64,000 nt of DNA from the NCBI RefSeq assembly GCF_009914755.1, contig NC_060946.1. The stretch is one strand, 5' to 3'. This stretch comes from the human T2T-CHM13v2.0 reference genome, Homo sapiens. Position numbers and translations under genes: made by a program. The notes under the pieces were generated by a model. That model ran no database searches. It was given only the letters and a program-made list of their open reading frames with translations, and was not told the DNA's origin. How positions within the stretch are numbered: the stretch's first letter is position 1; every line of letters begins with the position of its first letter. This document shows, in pieces, positions 1 through 21,248 of the stretch.

Positions 1-532
<532 letters not shown>

Positions 533-834
533 TTATCATGGTAAAATATATATAACATACAATTTACCATTTTAACCATTTTAAGTGTACAGTTCAGTGG
601 TATTAAGTACATTCACGTTGTGCAACTATCACTACCATCCATCTTCAGAATTTTAATCTTCCCAAACTGAAACTCTGTACCCATTAAACAGTAACTTCCC
701 GTTCCCCCTCCCTCTGCCCCTGGTAAATCACTATTCTGTCTTTTGGCTCTATGAATTTGGAAACTCATATAAGTGGAATCATGTGATATTGGTCTTTTCA
801 TATCTGGCTTATTTCACATAGCATAATGATTTGA

Positions 835-1489
<655 letters not shown>

Positions 1490-2112
1490 AGGATTTTACC
1501 TCTTTTTAAGGCTGAGTCATATTCCATTGTATGTCTATGCCACATTTTGTTTATCCATTTATCTGCAGATGGACATTTGGGTGTTTCCACCTGTTGACTA
1601 TTGCAAATAATGCTGCTATGAACGTTGCTGTACAAATATTGGTTTGAATCCCTGCTGCCAACTCTTTTGGGTATATCTAGAAGTGGAATTGCTGGGCCAT
1701 GTAGTAATTCCAGGTTTAAGTTTCGGAGAAGTGGCTGTGCTGTGTCTTCCACGCTGGCAGCCCCACTCAGTGGCTTTTGACAAATGCATATACTCCTGTA
1801 TAATGTCCACCACAGCCAAGATAGAAAACATTTTCAGCGCTCCCAAAACTTCCACCTGCCCTTCCCAGTCAATTGCCGCAATCCCTCCAACCCAGGCAAC
1901 CAGTGATCTGATGTCTTTGAGTGTGGATGGATTTTGCCTGTTCTAGAACTGTATGCATGAATGGAATCATACATAATGATTCACCCTTTTCTTCCTGGCT
2001 GCTTTTGTTCAGCATGCTTTTCGAGTTTCATTCAACAGATGCATTTTTGCAACCTGTTTTCTCTCATTTCATTCAGAATTGTAAGCACAAAATCTTTTAA
2101 AATGTGGTTTTT

Positions 2113-2470
<358 letters not shown>

Positions 2471-2709
2471 TTAAAACAGGCTATGTACAGTAGTATTCCA
2501 TTGCAGGGATACTACACCATAATTTACTTAACCAGTCTAGTTTGATTCCAACTTTTTGCTGTTATAAGCAGCACTGAGTGGAACATGCTTGTACCTGAAT
2601 CTTTGCCCACCTCTCTCATGTCTTTAAAATGAATCTGTGGAGGTAGAACAACTGGGTGGAAGCGGATCAGGTGTTTGTCTCCTTGGACCTATTGTCAACT
2701 TGCTTCTCA

Positions 2710-3026
<317 letters not shown>

Positions 3027-3673
3027 GACGTTATCAAGTCCTGTCAATTTTACCTCTAAAGCGACTCTCAAATCCATGGAATCCTCTCCACCTCCTCAGT
3101 TTCCTCTACCCTTTGGAGTCATTATCCAGCACTCTTCCTGGGGCTTCTGCCCAAGGATGCTACCCACCTGGGCTGCAAGCAGCTCTCTAAACCCAAGACC
3201 AACACAGTCCTCCAAGGAGGTGACACCACTGGGAAGCCAGGTAGGGGCTTCAAGGCTGCAGATGGGGGCAGGAGCCTTGATATTAGGCACAAAGAGGGGA
3301 CCTCATGAATTTGGGGGCATCAATAAATTAGGGGGTCACTGGTCCCCTTCCTTCTTTTCTTCCTCTAGTACCCAGCAAGTGGTCCAACAGAGAAAGTACT
3401 GAAAACAGGCATAGCAGAGGAGACATTTGCCTGGATTCCCCTTAAACATGTTTTCCTAAGGTTAATTAGTGGAAGTGACAATATAGAAATAGGAAGCGAT
3501 GCTGCTGCTCAGTGACATCCCAGGGTGGGTCTCCCAGGATCCAGGAAGAAGTTAAGGGCTCTCAGCCCAGCGATCTGCAGCTTTGCCATCCTCTGGGGCC
3601 TTGCCCCAGTTTGCTGTTTTGAATGGAAGATGCTAACCCTTCTCTGGTCCCAGGTCGGGTCTAGTTCAATTCT

Positions 3674-3979
<306 letters not shown>

Positions 3980-4678
3980 GGCCTAGTTCAATTCTAAGTC
4001 TGCCCAGCACAAGGGGAAGAGGGTGCAAATACCACCATGATAAAAGTCTCCCCACAGCTGCGCATGCCGGGCTTCAGGCAGACGTAGCACCCCATGCACA
4101 ATGAGCCGTTATGGCCTCTTGCCTGACAGCCTTATCTCCGAGGAATGCCGGGGGAGTCAGGGCCAGCCAGGGAGAGCTTGACCAAGGGGCTTGAGCTCTT
4201 CTGCCCCCAAGGCCAGCTATGCTCTTTGATAACTAGCTTGGTGCTTGTGATGTAGCTGGGGCAGGTCATGGCGACAGTGACAATGGGCTTTGTGCAGGAC
4301 TTCACAGTTTGCCAGACTCAGTCACACCCATCAGCTTGTTTGATCCTCACAGTCAAAGGCTGAGGTTGGGGATCTCATATCCTTTGTTTTGCAGACGGAG
4401 AAATTGAGGCCAAGAAAAGTTAAGTCCCCCTCACCCAAGGCTGTGCTGTTCCACCTAAGTCATTAGAGAAAGAAAAAGAGCTATTCAGTTGTTGGATAGT
4501 ACCCAGCAGAAATGGAAAAAAATTCATTTCATTTAGAAAGAAATTGACTAAGCAGAAACTCCAGGCCCTGGGGCAGGCACTGGAGGCACGGGAAGAGTGC
4601 CTGGCCCCTGCCCATGATCAGCTTGAGGCTGGAGAAGGAGGCTCCAGCAATGAGTTCTGCAGCAGGGCCTGGTTCGTA

Positions 4679-5263
<585 letters not shown>

Positions 5264-5339
5264 TGGTTCATCTTTTCTAGACTGCAAATCTCCCATAGCT
5301 GACCACATGCACTAGTTTTGGACCTGAATGGACACAACA

Positions 5340-5520
5340 ACTTAACCAGCTGTGTGTCCTCAGGAAAGTTACTTAGCCTCTCTGAGCTTGGGCTTCCTTA
5401 TATATAAAATGATAATAAAAAACTCCCATCACTGGGGCTCATGAAGGAGAGATGAGATAACACATGTAAAGTTCCTGGCATGGTGGTTAGCATACAGCTG
5501 GCACTCAACAAATACTGATA
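5340..5520 (+). mobile_element. MIR
   Basis: GCTGTGTGTCCTCAGGAAAGTTACTTAGCCTCTCTGAGC...TAAAATG...GAGATAACACATGTAAAG MIR core. Confidence 0.75.
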
Positions 5521-5702
5521 TAAACTTTATAGACAGTATAGAGTAAGTCCAGAGACATACATGTGAGGAAGCGTGCAGGGAGTGCCAGCCTGGGTGAAAT
5601 GAGCCAGTGGGTCAGAGGTCATTGGTTGTGACTCTGGATAACTGAAGCAACACAGAATCTGCTGGAAGGCGGTACACACCTCAGTGATTAAAGGACAGCT
5701 TG

Positions 5703-5959
5703 TTTGAGAGACCGAGGCAGGCATATCACTTGAGGTCAGGAGTTCAAGACCAGCCTGGCCAACCTGGAGAAACCCCGTCTCTACTAAAAATACAAAAATT
5801 AGCCAAGTGTGGTGGCGGGTGCCTGTAATCCCAGCTACTCCAGAGGCTAAGGCAGGAGAACTGGGAGGCAGAGGTTGCAGTGAGCTGAGATCGTGCCACT
5901 GCACTCCAGCCTGGGTGACAGAGCAAGACTCCATCTCAGAATTAAAAAAAAAAAAAAAA
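5703..5959 (+). mobile_element. Alu, 5'-truncated with small internal deletion
   Basis: Starts mid left arm; GGAGAA-CTGGGAGGC lacks the TCGCTTGAAC segment; A tail. Confidence 0.9.
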
Positions 5960-6111
5960 GCACAGCCTGAAGCTTGGGCCTCAGAAGGGACAGACTCAAG
6001 GCAGCTCAGGGATTCAGGCAGCAGGAACCAGGGGCCCTGCTCTCCAGGGCCACGGTACATCAGCTCGAGTGAGTCTCTGGGTCAAGATTAGGGCTCTTAG
6101 GAAGGAGTCTA

Positions 6112-6772
<661 letters not shown>

Positions 6773-6954
6773 CTAACGGACATGGCATTTTTGGCAATGC
6801 CTTCTTTGACAAACCAGTGACCAAGTTTTAACTTTCTCTTTGGGTTTCTGGTCCTGGATAATCGATTCCACAGCACTCAGTGCAAAGAAAGTAACGATCA
6901 TCAAACCTCTGTGCTTTTCTTTGGGTAACATTCTTTTAGAGAAATAGTCATTTT

Positions 6955-7100
6955 GTCATTCAACAAACATTTAACCAAGCACCCACTATATGCCAAGCAC
7001 TGTTCTGGGCACAGCTTCTGCTCTCCAGGAGCTCAGAGTCTACTAGGGGATAGAAATGAGTAGATAGTCACCTCTTGGAGACATAGGGGCTGGATTTGAG
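6955..7100 (-). mobile_element. L2 3' fragment
   Basis: CATTCAACAAACATTTAACCAAGCACCCACTATATGCCAAGCACTGTTCTGGGC. Confidence 0.7.
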
Positions 7101-7381
7101 GTCCATACCATGTGCAGTTTTGTGATAAAGGAGGGAAGCATCCACTCAGCAGGACAGGCATGGTGGGGAGGAGCACATGTTAGAAGATAAAATTTCGCCA
7201 GAGGGTTAAGTGGGATTTTGTGGGATGAGCAGGAGTTCGACAGGTGCCTCGCAGACTAAGAACATTCCAAGGAGAGGAATAGACATGAAACATCCTGGGA
7301 AGCAGAGCAAATGGCAAATAGTGTGTTGGGCCTGGAGGCAACGCTGTGGGTGGGGAGTGAAGCGGGGGGGTTCCCACTCTA

Positions 7382-7615
<234 letters not shown>

Positions 7616-8353
7616 TTAGCTCCACCTAAGTCTTCTCTGAAGGTAGCTTTCTGAGAGCAGACATCCAAGCTATTTCTTCCACTGCTCTGGGAATCCAGGG
7701 TCATATCCACTTGGGAACTACCCCACACACACCTCGCCCTCTTGGAGAGCCGCCCTGGCTGTTGGCTTACTAAGGGCTCTGGGCGATCCTGCAGCAGAGA
7801 TATCCTGTGTCTGCTTGGCCCGGTGTGCCCTGCGTTGGTTTGACCACCCCTGCCCCGTTTCTTTCAATCATGCAGCTGCTGTTTAGCTTATTTGGAACAC
7901 TCTTTGAGGGGCAGTCTAGACCCTGCTGATCTAAGGTTGAGAAGATGCCAGGGTTTGAGAAGAATCGCTTTGAAGTAAGCCTTAGGACCCTCACCACGGT
8001 GGACCCGGAGCCTCTAAACTCCTCATCTTTCCTTGCCTTTTGGCAACAGGAATCCAATTCCAGGGGCTCCTCATTTTGGAACCCAAGAAAAGACTGGGAA
8101 AGTAAGTTCTTAATACAAGCCAGCTGTTCACAATCTCACTTTGTTTGCAAAACACTCTTGCCATGAAGGTGTGAGTCCCCCCAACTTTATAGATGCAGAA
8201 ACTGAGGCTCAGAGAGGTTCAGCGACTTGTCCCAAGTGTTCCAGGGTAAAAATGGCCAGAAAGATGGGTGCCCAGAAGCCAATAAAGGTGAATCTTTAAA
8301 TTATTCATTAACTAACAAGGTGAGGAGTTTGGAAGTATGAGGGAAGAAGATAA

Positions 8354-8689
<336 letters not shown>

Positions 8690-8699
8690 TAGGGGACTA

Positions 8700-9900
<1,201 letters not shown>

Positions 9901-9908
9901 CCTAATAG

Positions 9909-10222
<314 letters not shown>

Positions 10223-11569
10223 TCCTTAATAGGGACTTTTGCTTTACTGTGTACCCCACAGTGTCATGGAATGGCTTTGTAATTGGCATTCACTGCTTTT
10301 GCAATTCAAACAATTTTTTAAAAAACCATAAAAGTAAAATTAATCCGTAGAGCTTCCTGCGCACATAGTAGGTTCTCACTTAATATTCATGGCAGGCGGG
10401 GGTCCGACGGTCTGTGTGCCGCGGCGCCTCCCCTGTCACACTGTGCCTGAGGGATGTTGCTGGGACGGATGTTAGAGAAGCCCAAAGCTGGCGGCCATAT
10501 TTCTCTGGGGGACTGCTGTAAGTCCAGAGCTCTGTTTAGCTGGCCAAAAGTTTTATTTGTGAGTAGATTAAGAAAAAATAAAATAAAAAATGTAAAGCAA
10601 TCCAGCCCTCCTTCCCGTCCCATGTGGGTGAATGGGGAGGCTTCAGGCAGGCCTGTCCCGGCGCCTGCAGAATCACCGGCCCACAAAACAAACGAATGGA
10701 TTGTGGATTTGGATTTTGGATCGTGAGGAAAGAAACAGACATTATGCACGCCTGCCCGAGCTCCCAGGCTGTCACTCGCCAGGCTCAGCTTCCCCCAGTG
10801 GTGCCCTGGGAGACCCTCCCCCGCTCCACTCCATCCCAACTACCTCCTCCCTCTCCCACCTCCAACCCCACTAAAAGACTTTTTGAAGTTGATCAATGAA
10901 ACATGTTTTATTAAAGGGCCCTATTCCTGAGCAGGGACTCTGCGAGGCCTTCATTAGTTCCACATAATGAAAGAATGGGCCGATTCAAGGAGACCGGGGA
11001 GAGAAAAGAGGGAAAATTAGAGTTCAGTCTGCTCACTTAAAAAAAAAAGGGGGAGGGGGTGGGGTGGAAATTGTGGATTTGCTAAATAAAGCTCCTGGCT
11101 GCATTCAGAGCTTGGGGAAGGGTCCCCCACTCAATCCTCTTAGGCCTGACAAAGTCGGACCTGGAGATGGTCTGTCCGAGCGGCCGGCATTCTATGTCGG
11201 GATGGAAGGGCAATGGGCTGTCTAAATTGCTACTTAGGTTTCCAGCTGTTTTACCAGTGATTTGCCCAACTTAATAGCTGTTTAAGGCTTTAAACAAGAA
11301 AATAGCTCTACTCACGACTCAAAGAAGCAGCTCCGGTTAGTTCAGACGGCGCCCATTGTCCAGGGCTTAAATCCTTCTCCGCAGCCGAATTCCCTTGCCC
11401 CCTCTGGTCCGCCCAGACTTTGTCCAGCTACAGAGAGGCTTTATTTATCTTTTTAACATTCTGGTTTTCCGAGCCTGCGTCCAGGGGGCTTCTTCCTAAG
11501 AGCTTATTTTGGGGGGAATGTCTGCCTGCTGCCTCTGAGCATTCCTCCAACACATTAACAACAAATGAT

Positions 11570-11820
11570 GATGATAATGGTAGGACCTGGGTACTGAGAG
11601 CCTACTATGTGCCAGGCCTTGGATACAGCACTTTTCTTAACTCATACTGTTTCCTTCTCACCCAGGTCTACAAAGGAGGTGGCTTCTGCCATGATGGCCA
11701 TTTTACAGATGGGGAAACTGAGGCACAGAAGAAGGGGCCACTTGGCCAAGTTCACATAGGGGCATACAGCAGGGTCAGGGATGGTCTGAATTCCAGAGTC
11801 TGGGCTCTTGACCACTACCC
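11570..11820 (-). mobile_element. MIR
   Basis: TACTGAGAGCCTACTATGTGCCAGGC...CCATTTTACAGATGGGGAAACTGAGGCACAGA. Confidence 0.8.
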
Positions 11821-12279
11821 TGCTGCCGGATGGCTGTGGGAGCTTGGGCCACCTAAAACAGGCCAGGGGAGGAGACTCCAGGGATCTGGGGTTCTAGCTT
11901 CATTCTTCTGACAACGTGTATGAGAGCCAGCTGTTGGGCCCAGTTTTCAGGAAAAACTGCAGGGGTGTAGGGAGGGGGCAGCAGAGAAAGGGGGTCAAGA
12001 AACTTAGGAACCTCATCTGGAAGGTGGGAGGAGTCTGACCTTAGCCATCTCTATCCAGAACCCACCTTTCATTGCACGAAAATAATTCTCCATCCATCAT
12101 GATTTAACCCTAATATGCTAAAAAGCAACACATTTTTCTTATGACAAAAGTTAAACACGTAAATTACAGAGAGCTTGAAATATATAAAATTAGGTAAAGA
12201 GAGCATATAAAATGTTTGGCGTTGTCCTTGGCATGGCGTGTTTAACATGAGTAAGCTATCATCATCAGCATTATCAATG

Positions 12280-12569
<290 letters not shown>

Positions 12570-13592
12570 ATCAATGTTATTATCTTGAAGATACTCAAAA
12601 CCTGGGGCATTTTGGTGTATTATATTTCCTTCCAGTCTTTTTCTTCATCCGTGCATACCTACCCAACCTTAATTGTAATTATACTTGCTCTATTTTGAAT
12701 ATGCTTGCTTTGTCTTAGATTCTCTAAGAATCACCAAGCTGGAATGCTTTGATGAAGGCTTATAGATTTCCCTGTTATAACCCTATGGCCTCTGATTCCT
12801 GCACCTCATTGCACACTATAGATTATGCGGAAGGGCACACACAATTGGTGGTAAAGGAAGTCATTAGAGATGGGTGGGAGACCTTGTGGGTGAACAAAGG
12901 CCGGCAGGAGGGGGAGCCCCTGGATAAGGTATGTGGTCAAGGCTTGGTTTGCAGGAGATAGAAACTGGGTGTCTGGCCAGACCATGGAGAGAGAGGCTGG
13001 AGCCAGAATCTGGAGGCTCAAGGTCAGAATCAGTGAAGGGAGTCAGCCTTAATTCCCTAGGCGATGGGGAGCCACAGATGGTTCAGGTCAAGATTGGTGT
13101 TTGAATGGCTCACATTTAAGACACCAGGAAAGGCAGCCCTGGGGTCCAACATCACTTATGGCAGGAAAGCGACCACCTTTGCAACAGAATTGGCTTCCTA
13201 ACCTTCCTCAGCTGCAGCTTGGGAATGAGACCAGAGTCCTGAATGCGTGGGCTGGGCCAGGCTGGAGCTCCCGATGTGTGTTTGCTTCTCTGGTGTGTAG
13301 GAGGGAAGAGTGGGCAGGGGTGACCGCCCACCCACCCCAGACACACAGAGGTAAGATCACCTCACTCAGCTTTGTCATTTGGTGAGTAAGTCTGAAAAAT
13401 ATCAATTTATTTCATTCTCCTGTTTCACAGATGGGAAAACTGAGGCCCAGGGAGGGAAGGGGATGAGCTGAGGAGCTTGTGGTAGGTAAGTGGCAAAGGT
13501 GAAGAAATCAAAATGTCTTACATTTGTACCACAACTTGCAATTTCCTGACAATCCCCCTACTCACCCCACCCCACTCCACCCCACTGCCCCC

Positions 13593-13912
<320 letters not shown>

Positions 13913-13939
13913 TTAACAATGAAAACAAAACAATATTAA

Positions 13940-15640
13940 TGCTATAATTTTTGCTGCTGGAGAAGGTATAGGAACACAGCTCACATACAATTGGTCAGAG
14001 TATAAACGACTGTAACCCTACGGGAGGCAGTTTGGAAACATCTTTCAAAATTTTCATAGCAAACCAGCATTTACTGCGAAGTTCCATTGCCAAGAATTTC
14101 TACTACAAATGTGTTTACACATGGATGCAAAGATGTGTGTACAAGGATGTTCATCATGGTACCACTTTTCATTCTAAACTGGGAGGAAAAAAACCCTAAA
14201 TGTCCATAAACAGGGACTGGTTGAATAAATGTTGCTACATCCACACATGAAGTATTATACAGCCATTAAAAGGAGTGGAATAGACCAATTCATACTCCCA
14301 CTACAGTGTTTGAGAATGGCTATTTTTCCATATATTTGGGGTATTTTCAAACTTACAAATCTTGGCCAATTGGATAGGTTTTTAACCTATCCCCAAAGGG
14401 CATTGTATTGTTTCTTGATGATGAGTGAGCTTGAACATTTTTCACATGGCTACCATTTACTTGAATTTGTTTTTCTGGGAGTTGCTTTTTCATATTCAGA
14501 TTTTGTCAATTATCTGTTAGGTTTTAAGTCTTTCTTTCATTTACTTGTATAAACATGTTCTAAATTAAAGCAATTAATTCTGTGAATGTCAGTCCCTGTT
14601 CAGCTCTGTCTTGACTTGGTATATACCTTTTTTATTCACCTAGAAATGAAAAAATGTTACGTAGTCAAAATTGTTGCACTTTGATTTTTTGATATAGAAG
14701 GTCTTTTCTAAATAGTTGAATCAGTTCTCCTTTTCCTTCATGATTTCCTCAATCATTTAAAGCTTGCAAGGTTCTCATTCCTTTAGAGTCCTGTTCAATA
14801 TTCCTTTATTGTTTTGGCCAGCCTAAGATTTGATTTGCTTTATAAATAATTTATTCTTTAGTATATGTGGAAAATGGACTTAAACTTATGTTTCTTTTCA
14901 TGATGTCCCAACTTCACAGTCTGAATGTTCTTCCCATTGTTCATTGTCCAGAGAAGACACCATTATCACGTATTGAACTGTTTTATGGAGGAAAGCCTGT
15001 TTCTCATCTCCCCATTAATCATGTATTTTAATATCAGAGAGGGCTTATTCCCCATCTTTTTCAAAATATTCTTGGGACTTCTCACCCATTGATTTCCCCA
15101 AATGAATTTTATTGTGGCTTCTGTGTTCTGTATCCTGCCTATAAAGATCTTTCCTTTCCAAAGATTGTAAGTTCACCTATGTTTCTTTTAGAATTTTTAA
15201 GGTTCAATTTTTTGGTTTAAATTTTGGACCCATGTGGAACTGATCTGGGTGTAGGGGGTGAGGTAGGGATTCTGTTTTATTTTTTCCAGATGGCCGCTAC
15301 CCACTTATCTCTATGCCTTACTTTGAACAATGCACCTTTCCCCTCCGAAATGTGAAATTCCTTCTCTCATTCACGTGCTGAAATCCTACATATTTCCATC
15401 CATTTCTGCACTCGCGTCTGGATGGAACTGTCTACTTCTTTTCCAGGGCTAAACTTTAAAAGTTATTGTACTTTCCTAAGATGTTTTAACATCTGGTAAA
15501 GCCAGCCCTCCTCCACTACTTTTGTTTTTCCTCAGAATTTCCCTGGCTGGTCTCGCACGTTTATTTTTCCAGATGAAATTTGGTATCATTTCGTCAAGTT
15601 CCAAAAAATAAAAGAAAATAAAAACCCTGTTGGTTTAAGG
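13940..15640. mobile_element. Highly diverged L1ME-like remnants (+ piece ~13940-14280, - pieces after)
   Basis: AAAGATGTGTGTACAAGGATGTTCATC, CCTAAATGTCCATAAACAGGGACTGGTTGAATAAAT; T-rich antisense L1-like tract follows. Confidence 0.6.
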
Positions 15641-15980
15641 CTTTTCTTACCAGCCAGTGTAGTGTTTTCACAGATTATTGATATTAACCCTTTGCCATTC
15701 ATTTGGTTGTCAATTTAGTTCCCCTCTACCCCCATTAGTTTTTTATTCTGTGGTATGGGAGATTTGTTTTTTGTTTTTATATAGTCGTCAATCACTTTTG
15801 CTTCTCCTCAAAAAAAAAATCTCCTTAATGATTTTAAAGCTCGAAGACTTCCCATTCCTCCTGAGATCTGGTTAATATTCACTTATATTTTTGACCAGCC
15901 CTCCTAGGGTTTGCTTTGCTTGATAAATAATTTATTTTTTTCAGCATCTGTGAAAGATATGAAGAAGGCATCCAAGCTGA

Positions 15981-16347
<367 letters not shown>

Positions 16348-17636
16348 TAAATTCATGTACATGAGAACATTTCTCTGCTCTCTGGTCAGTTCCATTCATG
16401 CCAGCTCTGCTGTTTAATCAGAGACTTAATCATCTATTTGAATATCTGAGAGGGCTGATTGCGCACATTTCTCAAAATATTCTTTGGATTTCTCACCCTT
16501 TTATTTCCCAAAATACCCCAGCCTGCATGATTCATTTGGCCCTCGAAGGAACCCTGAGAAGTATTAATTCCACTAGCTGGATGTGCTGGGGTTCAAAAAT
16601 TGCTAAGGGCCAGATGAGACGACACCGTTATCATAGCTGTGAGAGGGAAAAGTTTGCCTCTGCATCTGAAACTCCCAGAGGAAGGAGGTTGTCTCCATTA
16701 CTGAGTTTGACAGGAAGAGAAAAAGAGGGGCGTGGTGGGTATGCAGTGGTGTCTAATACTCAGCCTCAGATGATCTGTTGTGGGGGCCATCACTTGGCCC
16801 TCTTACGTAAAAGCTGCCGCCCACAGTGAGTCAGTGTGGGGGACATCTGGGAAAGAGGCAGGGAGTCCCATCTGGACTGGGGAGTGGGGACCAGGGTGGG
16901 ATTGGAGATGGGATGAGGGTCTCCTGCCTCCCTGGGGCACCACTGCTCTGTGGATTCTACTTTGTCTCTGTGACCTCAGGTGCTTGGTGTGTCTCTTGGG
17001 GGCCTCTTATGTCCGTGCCCATGTCATTAGCGTGTGAGGTGACAGCCCTCTGCCGCCCCAGCTTCTTTTTTGGAGCACGGGTCTCAGATGAGGGGCTGGC
17101 TGAGCAGCTGTGGGAGGACCCCTCATTTGCAACTGACATCGATAGGTCAAGCCCAGCAGCCCCTGAATGAGCAGGAAGATTGGTGCAGCTGGGGTCTTCC
17201 ACAGGCAGGCGATTCCCTCCCTGCTGGGATCGTCAACCAATCTGGGGCCGTAACTCACACGGGGAACCACCCCCAACCCCCAACCACCGTGCTTGGTGTT
17301 GGAGGGCCAGAGGGTGTCTCCCAAGTCAAAGACAAAGTCTCCAGGGCAAACAGGAAAAGCCATGGCTACCCCGTCCCCGGGGCCTCACCTGGCAGCCCTG
17401 GCTTGCAGGCTCTGTCTAGGATCCGGGAACAGTGTTTATTTCTTCTCTTTATTTTTAGCTTTTATTTTCATGAAACTTATACAGGCAAATAGCTCTACAA
17501 GGTTTGTTAAGAGGAACAGCAGTTCCCTGTTCCTGTCCTTCACCCCCTCCTGTCCCCTCCCCAGAGGCAACTATTTCACCTCCTTTAACCAATTATTTTG
17601 TTTTTACCCTGTGTCATTTGCCTCTGAGACTGCATC

Positions 17637-17944
17637 TTTTTTTTTTTTTTTTTTTTTTTTTGTGACGGAGTCTTTGCTCTGTCGCCCAGACTGGAGTGCA
17701 GTGGCATGATCTCGGCTTATTGTAATCTCTTCCTCCTGGGTTCAAGTGATTTTCCTGCCTCAGCCTCTTGAGTAGCTGGGATTACAGGCGCCCGCCACCA
17801 CACCTGGCTGATTTTTGTATTTTTAGTACAGGTGGGGTTTTGCCATGTTGCTCAGGCTGGTCTTGAACTCCTGACCTCAGGTGATCTGCCTGCCTCAGCC
17901 TCCCAAAGTGCTGGGATTACAGGCATGAGCCACTCTGCCTGGCC
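17637..17944 (-). mobile_element. Alu
   Basis: Antisense Alu; TSD CCTCTGAGACT(G/C)CATCTT. Confidence 0.95.
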
Positions 17945-18950
17945 TCTGAGACTCCATCTTGATTTTTTTTTTTTTTAGTTGTCAGCCTCATTGGTTGACC
18001 TCTGTTTCTGGAAGGTGAGGATATCGCTGCCTCCTGACCCCTACTCACTGTGCGCACCTGCCCCCCACCCTCAGACCTGTTTTTAGGACACCAGCATTGT
18101 CAGTGGTGAAGGGCATGGAGTTCTGAGCCACTTTTCCGGGTTCTAGTCCTCCTTCTGCCACTTAGCTGTGTGATCCTGGACAAATTCTTCAGCCTCTTGG
18201 TTGATTGCCTTCTACCTGGCCTTGCTTTCAATGAGTCAATTCATGTAAATGGCTTCCAGCAGCAAATAAATGACTGTCCTCTTTGTCAACCTTTTCCGCA
18301 CAGTCGCACTCCCTACCCCGACCCCAGCAAATCATTTTCGTGGTTTCTCCTTTGCATTGTTCTCTAGACAATTGTTGCTAGTTCAGTCCTGCCCTTTCCT
18401 CGCAGGGCTTCGAGATGCACTGGGGTCTTCACGCCCATCTGCCCAGGGGAGCTGGAGCCTGGTGCCCCATGCCTATAGGGCATCCCGCCTCCAGCAACCT
18501 GGGATCCCCCTTGCCTTTCTCTTTTTCCCATATCCCATATTTTCCTCTTTCTTGATTTAGCCCTTATTCTAGTGAAGTATCTTCTCTAGTAATCTTCAGA
18601 GAAAGCATGTAAGGAAAGCAGTCTATTCTCATTATTCACACCAGTTACGGTCTATAAAGTCACCAAAAATGCTGAATTACCCAACACTAAGCCAATGCTC
18701 CAAGAGGGAAATACAGGGTTCCATTCCTATGAGTCTGGGGTCACAGTGTTGTCACCAACTGATCAACACATAACTTTGTTTTATATATATTTCTGTTTAA
18801 AGATACCCTATTTAATATATATTGTTGACTCATTAACACTGAGCTCATGGCCAACAGCACTCTAACTCCTGCCTGAACGAAGCTTCTCTAACGTGGGCTT
18901 TCCCTGTAAGGCATACCCCAGACTTCCTGCACTTAGGAACACTAGACAGC

Positions 18951-19293
18951 TGTATTAGTCCATTTTCATGCTGCTGATAAAGACTTACCTGAGACTGGGC
19001 AATTTACAACAGAAAGAGGTTTAACTGGATTTACAGTTCCATGTGGCTGGGGAGGCCTCATAATCATGGTAGAAGGCATGGAGGAGCAAGTCCCATCTCA
19101 CGTGGATGGTCGCAGACAAAGAGGAAAGGAAAATTCCGCTTATAATAACCATAAGATCTCGTGAGACTCACTATCACCAGAACAGCACGGGAAAGACCTA
19201 CCCCCATGATTCAATTACCTCCTACTGGGCCCCTCCCACAACACGTGGGAATTCAAGATGAGATTTCGGTGGGGACACAGCCAAACCATATCA
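18951..19293 (-). mobile_element. THE1-type MaLR solo LTR
   Basis: TGTATTAGTCCATTTTCATGCTGCTGATAAAGAC ... GGGGACACAGCCAAACCATATCA with TG...CA ends and 5-bp TSD ACAGC. Confidence 0.92.
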
Positions 19294-19347
19294 ACAGCCC
19301 TTCAGCACTGCGCTTGGGGGTGGGGGTCATTTAAAACAGTGAAATCA

Positions 19348-20182
<835 letters not shown>

Positions 20183-20322
20183 TTAAATGAATTCAAAAAT
20201 ATGGAATCCAAGAATAATGAGGACTGACTATATGTGTTTCAAGACCTTGCATGTCTAAAAATCTCTTCATTCTATCCTCTCATTTGACTGATAGCTTGGC
20301 TGGGTAAAGAAATATAGGTTGG

Positions 20323-20649
<327 letters not shown>

Positions 20650-20969
20650 CTAGGTTGGAAACACTTCTCCTTCAGCATTTCATAGCATTGCTCCTGCACC
20701 TGCTGGCTGTCAATGTTGCTGTCAAGAAGTCCAGAGCTATTCCTGCCATTTCTTCTTCCTGGAAGCTTCTCTTCATCCTGGAGGCTCATTTTTCATGATG
20801 ATGTGTCATATTAGGGCTCTCTTTTTATGGCTTGCCTGAAGAAGTACTTGGTGGATCCTTGTACTTTTTAAAATTTAGGTCCTTTAATTTTGAAAAACTC
20901 CCCAAATTATTTATTAATCTCTTCCCCCACTTTCTCTGGTCTTTCTGGACCTTCTGTTAACTGGATGTA

Positions 20970-21119
20970 GGCTGGGTGCAGTGGCTCACGCCTGTAATCC
21001 TAGCACTTTGGGAGGCTGAGGTGGGCAGATTGCTTGAGTCCAGGAGTTTGAGACCAGCCTGGGCAACACGGTGAAACCCCGTCTCTACAAAAATAAAATA
21101 AAATATATAAATAAATAAA
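20970..21119 (+). mobile_element. FLAM / free left Alu monomer
   Basis: Left monomer followed directly by A-rich tail; TSD TGGATGT. Confidence 0.88.
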
Positions 21120-21159
21120 TGGATGTCTTGAACTGCTCCATTGTTTTTTTCCCCACTTC

Positions 21160-21189
21160 TGTATGAAGTCTCTCCAGAGAAACAGAACC

Positions 21190-21248
<59 letters not shown>

